DNA of 52,031 bases from NCBI GenBank assembly GCA_966096025.1, contig CBHTTW010000001.1, positions 1-52,031 of the forward strand, read 5' to 3'. Position numbers and translations under genes: made by a program. The notes below the pieces were generated by a model. The model saw nothing but the letters and a program-made list of their open reading frames with translations, was not told the origin of the DNA and did not search any database. Shown piece after piece: positions 43,692-52,031 of the stretch (position 1 is the stretch's first letter; each line of letters opens with the position of its first letter). The DNA comes from an uncultured Alphaproteobacteria bacterium. Its GTDB lineage: Bacteria > Pseudomonadota > Alphaproteobacteria > Micropepsales > Micropepsaceae.

Positions 43692-45854
43692 ATGAAACCG
43701 ATTTCGCAGATGTCCTGGGCGGTAGCCGCATTTCTTTCCATGCTGATTGCCGGTGGCGCGAATGCGCAGCAACCGGTCGGGCGGCCGGCCGATCCCTTTG
43801 GCGGAGATACGAGGGCGCCTGCGTTTCTGGGTGCGCGCAAACTGCCGCGCCCACCCATTTTTGACGCGCCAAATGCGGTGCTGGACCGTTCCGCCGTGAA
43901 GACAGGACCGATCGCCGTCGAATCCGACACCGAGAGCGTTATGGTGCGGTGGCCGGACGAGAAAGGACGGAAATGGTCGGCAGTATTTTCGCTGAAGCCC
44001 AGCGCGCCGCTGATAACCGGCATCGAGGTGGACGGAAAATCGATCATAAGGCACGCCCAGCCATACTATCGAGCGACAATAGGAAAGCGCCGGGGCGGAT
44101 GGGACGAATTTTTCGACATTCCGGTGGCGCATCCCGACGGCACCCGCGCCTTTCATGGCCTGTTCATTACCAAAGCGGTTCGTGCCGTCACCATCGGCAA
44201 TCGAGTCGAGCTGATTTTCGATGGTCTCACCATGGGTCCGTTCGCAGGGTCGATCCGCTACACGTTCTTTCCGGGCAGCCGGTTGATCGAGCAATCCGCG
44301 GTGGTTTCGACCAACGAAGTGGATACGGCTTATTTATACGACACCGGCTTGAGCATGACGGCGCCGACCGGATTGGGCGGAGGCGTCGAACCCGATCCGA
44401 AAGCCGCCCTCACTTATTATGATACGCAAGGCAAGCTTCAGGAAATGATGCCTTCCTATATCTCGATGCTTCCGCTTGCCGTGCGACATCGTACCATCGC
44501 GACCAGGGCGGGCGGCGAGGGAAGCGTGGCGGTGTTTCCCGCGCCCCACCGCTATTTCGTGCCCCGCGACTATACGGACAATATGGGTTACGTCTGGCAC
44601 CATTCCACGGTGCGGTCCGTCGCCATCGGCATCCGTCATCCCGAAAGCGACGGCGGTTACTATCCCTGGTCCAACGCACCGCCCGGGACCGAGCAGCGGC
44701 TGAGCATGTTTCTGCTCGTCTCGCCCGACGCGCCCCGGCAAGCACTGCAAGACGTCTTGTCCTTCACCAATGGCGATCGCTTCCCTGTACTCCCGGGCTA
44801 CCAGACCTTCGCGCCGCATTGGCATTTTGGCTACACGGTGCAGGGCATGAAGTATGGGCCGGACTGGACGCCGCCTTTCAAGCCGGTGCTGAAGGACATG
44901 GGCGTCAACAGCGTGATGATCAAGGATTTCCACGGCGACGGCCATCAGGCCGACACGGGTGAAGTTCGCCTGCGCGAACTCGCGGCCTATTATGAGCTGA
45001 CCCGTGCGCAATCCGACCGGAATTTCCTGATCATTCCCGGCGAGGAGATTGATGTCCATTTCGGCGGTCATTGGAGCGTGGCTTTCCCAAAGCCGGTTTT
45101 CTGGCACTTGTCGCGGAAGGACGGCCAGCCATTTGAAGCCACCGATACGAAGTACGGCACGATCTACAATGTCGGCAACAAAGAAGAGATGCTTACCTTG
45201 GTGCGCAAGGAAGGGGGCTTTGTTTATCAGACCCATCCGCGCACCAAAGCGTCCTTCGGTTTTCCGGATGCCGTCCGCGACATGCCGCATTTTCTCGATC
45301 CGCACTTTTTCGGCAGCAGCTGGAAAGCGCTTCCTTCCGATCTTTCTTCTCCCCGGATGGGCGAGCGCGCCCTGAAGGTGCTGGACGACATGTCGAATTG
45401 GGGCGCCGGGAAGCGCATCATGGGGGAAGTCGATGTCTTCAAGATCGATTCCACCCATGAGCTCTATAGCCATATGAACATCAATTATGTCCGGCTTCCG
45501 GGCCTGCCGTCGTTCGACAGGCGCGATGACCTTTTGAGTGCCGTACGGCGCGGCGACTTCTTTGTGAGCACGGGAGAAGTGCTGCTTCCGGAAGTGAAAA
45601 TTTCGGCGGGATCGAAGGACCGGATCACCGTAGCCGCGAATATCCGGAATAATTTTCCCCTGCAGATGGCGGAGATCGTATGGGGCGATGGCAAGGAAAC
45701 CTACCGTAAAACCTTCCCGCTCACCGAGAGCGCCCCGTTCGGCACCATCAACTTCAAGGGTGAGGCCGATGCGAAGGGTTGGAAATGGGCTCGTTTCGCC
45801 GTTTGGGACGTCGCCGCAAATGGCGCCTTTGTAAATCCGGTCTGGCGTCACTGA
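43692..45854 (+). CDS. Secreted hypothetical protein with C-terminal PHP-like metal-binding domain
   Basis: Signal peptide; PHWH, DFHGDGH, IPGEE, GGHW, QTHPRTK, GEVD. Confidence 0.7.
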   Translation: MKPISQMSWAVAAFLSMLIAGGANAQQPVGRPADPFGGDTRAPAFLGARKLPRPPIFDAPNAVLDRSAVKTGPIAVESDTESVMVRWPDEKGRKWSAVFSLKPSAPLITGIEVDGKSIIRHAQPYYRATIGKRRGGWDEFFDIPVAHPDGTRAFHGLFITKAVRAVTIGNRVELIFDGLTMGPFAGSIRYTFFPGSRLIEQSAVVSTNEVDTAYLYDTGLSMTAPTGLGGGVEPDPKAALTYYDTQGKLQEMMPSYISMLPLAVRHRTIATRAGGEGSVAVFPAPHRYFVPRDYTDNMGYVWHHSTVRSVAIGIRHPESDGGYYPWSNAPPGTEQRLSMFLLVSPDAPRQALQDVLSFTNGDRFPVLPGYQTFAPHWHFGYTVQGMKYGPDWTPPFKPVLKDMGVNSVMIKDFHGDGHQADTGEVRLRELAAYYELTRAQSDRNFLIIPGEEIDVHFGGHWSVAFPKPVFWHLSRKDGQPFEATDTKYGTIYNVGNKEEMLTLVRKEGGFVYQTHPRTKASFGFPDAVRDMPHFLDPHFFGSSWKALPSDLSSPRMGERALKVLDDMSNWGAGKRIMGEVDVFKIDSTHELYSHMNINYVRLPGLPSFDRRDDLLSAVRRGDFFVSTGEVLLPEVKISAGSKDRITVAANIRNNFPLQMAEIVWGDGKETYRKTFPLTESAPFGTINFKGEADAKGWKWARFAVWDVAANGAFVNPVWRH

Positions 45855-46086
45855 AGCGGCGGATTCCGGTCCGACGCTGTTGTATTCTTGTACGGTTGGC
45901 GCCTGGATGGCGCGCGCTGTCTTTAAGACTTTGATATCACACACGAAATTGTGACTCGACCGGGTTGCCGCCATTCTTTGATCCACCGATGGCTGCCAGG
46001 GGGAAGCGCCTTCAAAAGGGTACTGGCCGCGCCTAATATTCCCAAGCGTAACCGGAACAGAACAAAACCGGTCGTTCGGAGGACAC

Positions 46087-47712
46087 GTGCGCAGCAAGGT
46101 CTTGGCGGCCATTGCGGCTTTATTGTCTTGCGCCATCGGCGGCGACTTGGCGGCTCAGGCCGCGGGCAACTCTTCCGTGGTGGGACTGCGCCGTCTTTCC
46201 GAGCAGGAATATCGCAATTCCATCGCCGATATCTTCGGCAAGGATATTTCGGTTCAAGGCATGTTCGAACCGCAAATCAGGATCAGCGGCCTGGTCGCGA
46301 CCAGCACCTCCGTCCTGTCGGTGACCCCGGCCGGCTTTGAATCCTTCTCCAAGATGGCCGACGGCATCGCCTTGCAGGTCACCGACGAGAGTCATCGCGG
46401 CAAGCTGATTTCCTGCACCCCCAAAACCGCGACGGATGCGGATGATGCCTGTGCTTCGGAAGTCCTCGGCCATTACGGTCTTCTGTTGTTCCGCCGGCCG
46501 CTGACCACAAACGAACTCAAGGCCCGCCTGGATCTGGCCCGCGCCATGACGAAATCGTCCGGCAACTTCTATACCGGTCTGCGTTACGGCCTTGCCCAAC
46601 TGCTGCAATCGCCGAATTTCCTGTTCCGCAAGGAAAGGACGACACGCGGCGATCGCACGCTGGAGCCCTATAGCCGCGCCACCCGGCTCAGCTATCTGAT
46701 GTGGGGCACCACGCCGGACAGCGAGCTGCTTCAGTCGGCACAGAGCGGTGCGTTGAACACGGCGGCTGGCCTGGAAAAGCAAGTCGACCGGCTGCTCGCA
46801 TCGCCCCGGCTGGAAACCGGCATGCGCGCTTTCTTCACTGACATGCTGGAACTGGACACGTTCGATACGGTCTCCAAGGATGCCCTGATCTATCCCAAAT
46901 GGGGCGGTGCGATGCCGCCTTCCGCCAAGGAAGAGACGCTGCGAACCGCGATCGACTTGACCTTGCGGGAAAATGGCGATGTGCGCGATCTGATGACCAC
47001 GCGCAAGACGTTCATCAACCGCAGCATGGCGGCGCTCTACGATGTGGACTTCACCTTCGACAGCGACTGGATGGCTTATGAATTTTCCAAGGACTCTGGC
47101 CGCAGCGGGATCGTGACACAGGTCAGCATGCTGTCCATGTTCTCGCATCCGGGGCAGAGTTCGCCCACCAAGCGCGGCGTTGCGCTGATGGACATCTTCC
47201 TGTGCGAACCGACCCCGACGCCGCCCGCGAATGTGGACTTTTCCGTCATCAACGATACCACGGGCCCCCTGAAGACGGTGCGGGAGCGGCTGATGGCGCA
47301 TGCCACCACCCCGACCTGCGCTTCCTGCCACAACCACAGCGATCCCATCGGCCTGTCGCTGGAAGGGTTCGACACGATCGGCGGCCGCCGCCTGACGGAA
47401 AATGGCCAACGCATCGACCTGTCGGCGACCTTGCAGGGCAAGAAGTTCGAGGACGGCGCGGGCCTGGGCCAGTATCTGCACGACAATCCCAAATTTCCTG
47501 CTTGCGTGGCGCGCAAGCTCTATGCCTATGCCAAGGCCGTGGACAGTGAAGAGGTCGAACCTGCCGCCTTCGCGGCAGCCTATAAGGGTTTCATCGATTC
47601 CGGTTACCGCATGCGCGCCCTGATCAAGGGCCTGGTGCTGAGCCCGGAATTCTTCCATGCCCCCGCATCCGTGGAAGAGGCCTCCGCCGGCCGGCTCGCG
47701 TCATCACCCTGA
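46087..47712 (+). CDS. DUF1592-containing (PSD/PSCyt3) cytochrome c protein
   Basis: LRRLSEQEYRNSIADIFG, LFRRPLT, LLQSPNFLF, RLSYLMW..PD, SSPTKRG, CASCH..DPIG..EGFD. Confidence 0.88.
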   Translation: MRSKVLAAIAALLSCAIGGDLAAQAAGNSSVVGLRRLSEQEYRNSIADIFGKDISVQGMFEPQIRISGLVATSTSVLSVTPAGFESFSKMADGIALQVTDESHRGKLISCTPKTATDADDACASEVLGHYGLLLFRRPLTTNELKARLDLARAMTKSSGNFYTGLRYGLAQLLQSPNFLFRKERTTRGDRTLEPYSRATRLSYLMWGTTPDSELLQSAQSGALNTAAGLEKQVDRLLASPRLETGMRAFFTDMLELDTFDTVSKDALIYPKWGGAMPPSAKEETLRTAIDLTLRENGDVRDLMTTRKTFINRSMAALYDVDFTFDSDWMAYEFSKDSGRSGIVTQVSMLSMFSHPGQSSPTKRGVALMDIFLCEPTPTPPANVDFSVINDTTGPLKTVRERLMAHATTPTCASCHNHSDPIGLSLEGFDTIGGRRLTENGQRIDLSATLQGKKFEDGAGLGQYLHDNPKFPACVARKLYAYAKAVDSEEVEPAAFAAAYKGFIDSGYRMRALIKGLVLSPEFFHAPASVEEASAGRLASSP

Positions 47713-47728
47713 TTTGAGGAGATATGGC

Positions 47729-49063
47729 ATGAAACTCCAACGCAGAACTCTCCTCCGCGGCATGTTCCAAGGCTCCGTTGCCGTGATGGGCGTGCCATTT
47801 CTCGATTGCTTCCTGGACAGTACGGGCCAGGCCTTGGCGGCGACCGGTCAGCGTCTTCCGACTCGCTTCAGCACCTTCTTCTACGGCCTGGGCCTGACCA
47901 CGTCGCTGTGGGTGCCCAAAAAAACGGGACTGGATTACGACACCAGCGTCCAGCTGAAGCCGCTGGACCCGTTCAAGAAGAAGATGAATGTGTTCAGCGG
48001 CATGCGCGTGATGGTGGACGACAATCCCAACTTCCAGCACTGGTCGGGCAACGCCGCCATTGTCACGGGCATCGCACCGACCAAAAACGCGCAATTCGAT
48101 TCCAAGACCCTGGACCAGACCATCGCCGACGTGATCGGCCGCGGCACCCGCTACAAGACCGTGCAGGCGGCCGCCTCCGGCGATCCCAAGCATTGCTATT
48201 CCAGCCTGGGCGGCGCCAATACGCTTCCGGCGGAACCTTCCCCCATGTCTCTTTATACCCGCCTGTTTGGGCCGGGATTCCAGGATCCTTCCAGCGGCGA
48301 CTGGAAGCCCGATCCGCAGGTGATGCTGCAGCAGAGCGTGCTGTCCGCCGTTACCGACGAGCGCAAGGACTTCATGAAGGAGCTGGGCGCGGGCGATCGC
48401 GCCCGCATGGAGCAGTATTTCACATCGGTGCGCGACGCCGAATTGCAGATGGCGGCCGAGTTGAAACGTCCGGACGTCATCGCCAAGGTCGCCATTCCCG
48501 GCAATCCGGGCGAGATGGCGGTCAATTATGCGCTGCCCAATGTGCGCAGCGTGACGCCGCTGATGGCCAAGCTTGGCGCGCTCGCCATGGCGACCGACCA
48601 GACAAGGGTGTTCAACCTTGCCATTTCCGAGCCGGGCTCGAATATCTTCGTGCCGGGCGATCCCCTGGGCTATCACATCACCACCCATATGGAAGCGATC
48701 GACCCGACTCTGGGCTACCAGCCCAAGGTTGCCGAATACAATATTTACAGCATGGAAATCCTGGCCAGCGTTCTGAAGGAGATGGATGCGATCCAGGAAG
48801 GTGACGGCACGCTACTCGATCACAGTATGGTGATGGCCTATAGCGACCAGAGCTACGCCAAGATCCATGCCGTGGACGGCATTCCCATCATGCTGGCAGG
48901 CAGCGCCGGCGGCCGCATGAAGACCGGCTATCACATTGCCGGCGGCGGCAATCCCGTGAGCCGCGTCGGCCTGACGGTGCAGAAGGCCATGGGCATTTCC
49001 ATCGATAGCTGGGGCAAGGGATCAATGGAAACCAGGAGTCCCTATGCCGAACTGCTGGCCTGA
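47729..49063 (+). CDS. DUF1552 (HXXSHH family) protein, Tat signal
   Basis: MKLQRRTLLRG..MGVPFLD; TLDQTIAD; RLFG; YHITTH; EGDGTLLDHS; IPIMLAG. Confidence 0.88.
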   Translation: MKLQRRTLLRGMFQGSVAVMGVPFLDCFLDSTGQALAATGQRLPTRFSTFFYGLGLTTSLWVPKKTGLDYDTSVQLKPLDPFKKKMNVFSGMRVMVDDNPNFQHWSGNAAIVTGIAPTKNAQFDSKTLDQTIADVIGRGTRYKTVQAAASGDPKHCYSSLGGANTLPAEPSPMSLYTRLFGPGFQDPSSGDWKPDPQVMLQQSVLSAVTDERKDFMKELGAGDRARMEQYFTSVRDAELQMAAELKRPDVIAKVAIPGNPGEMAVNYALPNVRSVTPLMAKLGALAMATDQTRVFNLAISEPGSNIFVPGDPLGYHITTHMEAIDPTLGYQPKVAEYNIYSMEILASVLKEMDAIQEGDGTLLDHSMVMAYSDQSYAKIHAVDGIPIMLAGSAGGRMKTGYHIAGGGNPVSRVGLTVQKAMGISIDSWGKGSMETRSPYAELLA

Positions 49064-49081
49064 TCCCACATTCCGGAGGCG

Positions 49082-50545
49082 ATGATGTTTCTGAGAAGCT
49101 TCCTGCTGGGTTCCGCCATTGCCGCGGCGTTCGCCGCCGCGCCTGCGACACCGGCCGCCGCCGCGCCCTGGACGCGGGGCTTTGTCGTGCGCGAATACGG
49201 TTTTGCCTTCCGCTATGGCGGCCGGGAAGGCCGGCCGGAGACGGCGCCTGCCGCCGATTGCGCGCGGGGCAGCTCGGTCCACTTCGACAATGAACACGAA
49301 ATGCGCAAGGCGCTGTCGCGCCAGCCTTGGCGCAGCAAGCAGGAGATCGACTATATCGTCGCGCCGCCGGGCATCGAACAGGCACGGCTGCCGACCTATG
49401 TCCGCTTCTATGTCTGGGGCCGCGCCGTGTCCTATCGCGGCTGGCGCAAGGGCATCGAGACTTACATCAACCCTTTCGCGGCGGATGATCCCGGCCAGCC
49501 GCAAGTGGTAAGCAGGATTTCCGACGGGTTCGATCTCGACGGCAACCAGGAGACCGGAGGCTTCTCCCGCCCGGATGGTCTGCGCGGCATCGACAATGCG
49601 CTTTACCGCGCCTGGGGCTGCGATGCGCCGTTCCGCAATCCCGCCAGCGGCACCCTGGACCTGCGTGAAAACACCCAGATGCAGGAAGGTCTTTATACCG
49701 TGGTGATCCGGATTTCCGGCAACCAGGATCCCATGAACGATAATGACGCCACGGTCGAGATCGGCTATTCGCCCGATAAGATCGTCCGGGATGCGCGCGC
49801 CAATGTCGCGCCGGACTATTCCTATCGCATCGTCAAGAGCGAGCAGTATACCAGGTTGAAGGCCACGATCAGGAATGGCGTGGTGGAGACCCGGCAGGCC
49901 GACCGGCTGCATGTGCCGCGCATCGGCTGGTTTCCCGACCAGATGGGCGATGCCGATTTTCACAAGGGGCGCCTGTGCCTGCAAATCGATGCGGATGGCA
50001 AGGCGGCTTCCGGATTCGTCGGCGGATACCGCAACTGGCTGGATATTCTCGCCGAAAATACTTTTGCCCAGACCGGCGCGGAGCAGGGCATCCGGGATCA
50101 TGAGGATGCCGTGGCTTTGTATTATGCCCTCAAACGCAACGCGGACGGGCTGCCCGATCCCAAGACGGGACGGAACACGGGAATCTCGATGGCCTACCGG
50201 ATCAAGGCCGTGCCGGCCCATGTGGTCGATCCCGCCAAGCCCGCGCAGGTTCGCCGGCTTGAGGAAGACGAACGCCGGGTAAAGGGTTTTGAAATGGTCA
50301 AGGCCGCGATGGTCAAGGCCGTCACCACCAAAATCGTCCAGCCGGTGCCGCTGGGAACGGGCGAGGGGCAGTTCCCCGCGATGGAAAACACAATCGCGGA
50401 CTTGCCGAGCAAGGAATTCTTCCTGAAAAATCTCGACGCACCCGGCCGGTTGGATGAAAAAGGCAATGTCTTGCCGTTGGTTCCTCCGGAGCGGCTGGTG
50501 GACAACAACACCGTCACGGCAATCGCCTCCCAAGGCACACCTTAG
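49082..50545 (+). CDS. Secreted hypothetical protein, third gene of the DUF1592-DUF1552 operon
   Basis: SD GGAGG; signal peptide; GFDLDG, GIDNALYRAWGC, ADG.PDP.TG.N..IS.AY motifs. Confidence 0.75.
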   Translation: MMFLRSFLLGSAIAAAFAAAPATPAAAAPWTRGFVVREYGFAFRYGGREGRPETAPAADCARGSSVHFDNEHEMRKALSRQPWRSKQEIDYIVAPPGIEQARLPTYVRFYVWGRAVSYRGWRKGIETYINPFAADDPGQPQVVSRISDGFDLDGNQETGGFSRPDGLRGIDNALYRAWGCDAPFRNPASGTLDLRENTQMQEGLYTVVIRISGNQDPMNDNDATVEIGYSPDKIVRDARANVAPDYSYRIVKSEQYTRLKATIRNGVVETRQADRLHVPRIGWFPDQMGDADFHKGRLCLQIDADGKAASGFVGGYRNWLDILAENTFAQTGAEQGIRDHEDAVALYYALKRNADGLPDPKTGRNTGISMAYRIKAVPAHVVDPAKPAQVRRLEEDERRVKGFEMVKAAMVKAVTTKIVQPVPLGTGEGQFPAMENTIADLPSKEFFLKNLDAPGRLDEKGNVLPLVPPERLVDNNTVTAIASQGTP

Positions 50546-50560
50546 CGCTCCGCCACCCGG

Positions 50561-52031
50561 CTATTTCAGCGCAAAACTCAAGATGTTGTTGCCGGACGCC
50601 ACGGCGACATACTGGCGCCCGTCCAGCATGTAGGTCATCGCACAACCACGCCAGGGCTGGTTGCCGCGGAAGGTCCACAAGGTTTTCCCGCTTCCAGCAT
50701 CGACCGCGGCAAATCCGCCGCCGGTCTCGCCGTAAAACACCAACCCGCCGGCGGTGCTCAGGACACCGGAATAGTTGGCCTCCTGTGGTCCTTCCTGCGG
50801 CACTTCCCAGACCGTCTTGCCGCTCTCGATATCGAGCGCGCGCAGATATTTCAGCCCCGGATCGTTGGGATCGCGCACGCCTTCATAGCCCTGGCTCTCC
50901 CGCGAGGTTTTGCGATAGATGCTGCAATCCTCCACCGCCATCACATAAAACAGCCTGGTTTGCGGACTGAAGGCGGTCGCATACCAGTTGGTGGCGCCGC
51001 GCACCGATGGGCAACCCTTGACCCCTACCGTAGTGACGTCGTTGCCGGGAAGCAGGCGGGGCTTGCCATCAGCGCCATAACCGCTGGACCAGTTCATTTT
51101 GCGCACGAACGGCTTGGCCGTCAGGAACTCGCCCGTGATGCGGTCCAGCACAAACATGAAACCGTTGCGGTTGGCCTGCAGCAGCAGCTTGCGCGGACGT
51201 CCGCCATAATCGGCATCGACCAGCAGCATCGGCTCTGTGGCGTCCCAGTCATGCAGATCGTGCGGCGTGAACTGGTAGTACCATTTCAGCTTGCCGGTCT
51301 TCACATCCAGCGCGATCACGCAATTGGTATAGAGATTGTCGCCGCCGCGTTCGTCGCCGTCCGTGGCGGGGAAGGGATTGCCGACCGTCCAATAGAGCGT
51401 GCCGGTCTCGGTATCGTAGGAGCCGGTCAGCCAGGTGGCGCCGCCGCCGATGGAGATGGCCGAGCCCTTCCAGGTCGCGGCGGCCGGCTCGCCGGGCCTT
51501 GGCACGGTGTTAAAACGCCAGACTTCTTCGCCGGTCGTGGCCTTGTAGGCGACGAGAAAGCCCAATAGCGGACTGTCGCCGCCGCCGATCCCGTTGACCA
51601 CGAGATCACCCACCACCATGGGCGCCGAGCTGGCGCTGAACTGGCCCTTGGTCTTGGGCATGAGGACGTCCCACATCAAACCGCCGGTCAACCGGTTCAG
51701 GCAGATCAAATGCGCGTCGGTGGTGCTGAAGAAGACGCGGTCGCCCAACACCGCCACGCCGCGATTGACCGCGCCGGGATTGCGGCGCCGGCCATCGGCG
51801 GTGGGTTCGGTATAGGCGAAGCACCATAGCTCGCGGCCCGTGCCGGCGCCCAGGGCGCAAACCTTGTCCGCCGCGGTGACGAACATCGCGCCGTCCACCA
51901 CAATGGGCGTGGTTTCCAGGTTGGGCTGCTGCAGGGAATAGACCCATTCCATCTGCAGATTCTGGACATTGCCGGCGTTGATCTGATTGAGGGGGCTGTG
52001 GCGGTTTCCGCCCAGCACGCCGTTATAGGTC
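50561..52031 (-). CDS. PQQ-dependent dehydrogenase, alcohol-dehydrogenase-like (5' end outside window)
   Basis: TYNG..GNRHSPLNQIN, ETTPIVVDG, NRGVA, GGGATW, WYYQFTPHDLHDWD, ANRNGF, TYMLDGRQYVAVASG. Confidence 0.92.
   Translation of the reverse strand, partial: TYNGVLGGNRHSPLNQINAGNVQNLQMEWVYSLQQPNLETTPIVVDGAMFVTAADKVCALGAGTGRELWCFAYTEPTADGRRRNPGAVNRGVAVLGDRVFFSTTDAHLICLNRLTGGLMWDVLMPKTKGQFSASSAPMVVGDLVVNGIGGGDSPLLGFLVAYKATTGEEVWRFNTVPRPGEPAAATWKGSAISIGGGATWLTGSYDTETGTLYWTVGNPFPATDGDERGGDNLYTNCVIALDVKTGKLKWYYQFTPHDLHDWDATEPMLLVDADYGGRPRKLLLQANRNGFMFVLDRITGEFLTAKPFVRKMNWSSGYGADGKPRLLPGNDVTTVGVKGCPSVRGATNWYATAFSPQTRLFYVMAVEDCSIYRKTSRESQGYEGVRDPNDPGLKYLRALDIESGKTVWEVPQEGPQEANYSGVLSTAGGLVFYGETGGGFAAVDAGSGKTLWTFRGNQPWRGCAMTYMLDGRQYVAVASGNNILSFALK

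Noticed and set aside
1-52031. rRNA, tRNA, IS elements, prophage, defence systems
   Set aside because: None recognised by eye; a covariance or HMM search would be needed to exclude small elements

Overview
GC-rich alphaproteobacterial chromosomal segment (Caulobacterales/Micropepsales-like, inferred from gene content). No rRNA, tRNA, CRISPR or transposase was recognised. Four blocks: (1) 1-22.6 kb, a TonB-dependent-receptor carbohydrate-utilisation locus (GH95, Tat-signal enolase-family dehydratase, PQQ dehydrogenase, beta-helix protein, esterase, sulfatase, two 2OG-Fe(II) oxygenases) with repeated LacI-type and FadR-type operators and a candidate sRNA. (2) 23.1-31.2 kb, PepSY/two-component/heavy-metal RND efflux operon. 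(3) 31.4-43.6 kb, a candidate TetR regulon defined by three near-identical GTAAC-N6-GTTAC palindromes, each overlapping the -10 position of a TTGACA-N17-TAAC promoter. It links a secreted heme-c/PHM-type copper monooxygenase (followed by a beta-propeller and two ThuA genes), an MFS transporter and a Gfo/Idh/MocA-DUF993-TIM barrel-aldehyde dehydrogenase operon, and is the strongest candidate for an undescribed system. (4) 43.7-52 kb, a PHP-like metalloprotein, a DUF1592-DUF1552-unknown triad and a partial PQQ dehydrogenase. All family calls come from motif recognition by eye, not database searches.
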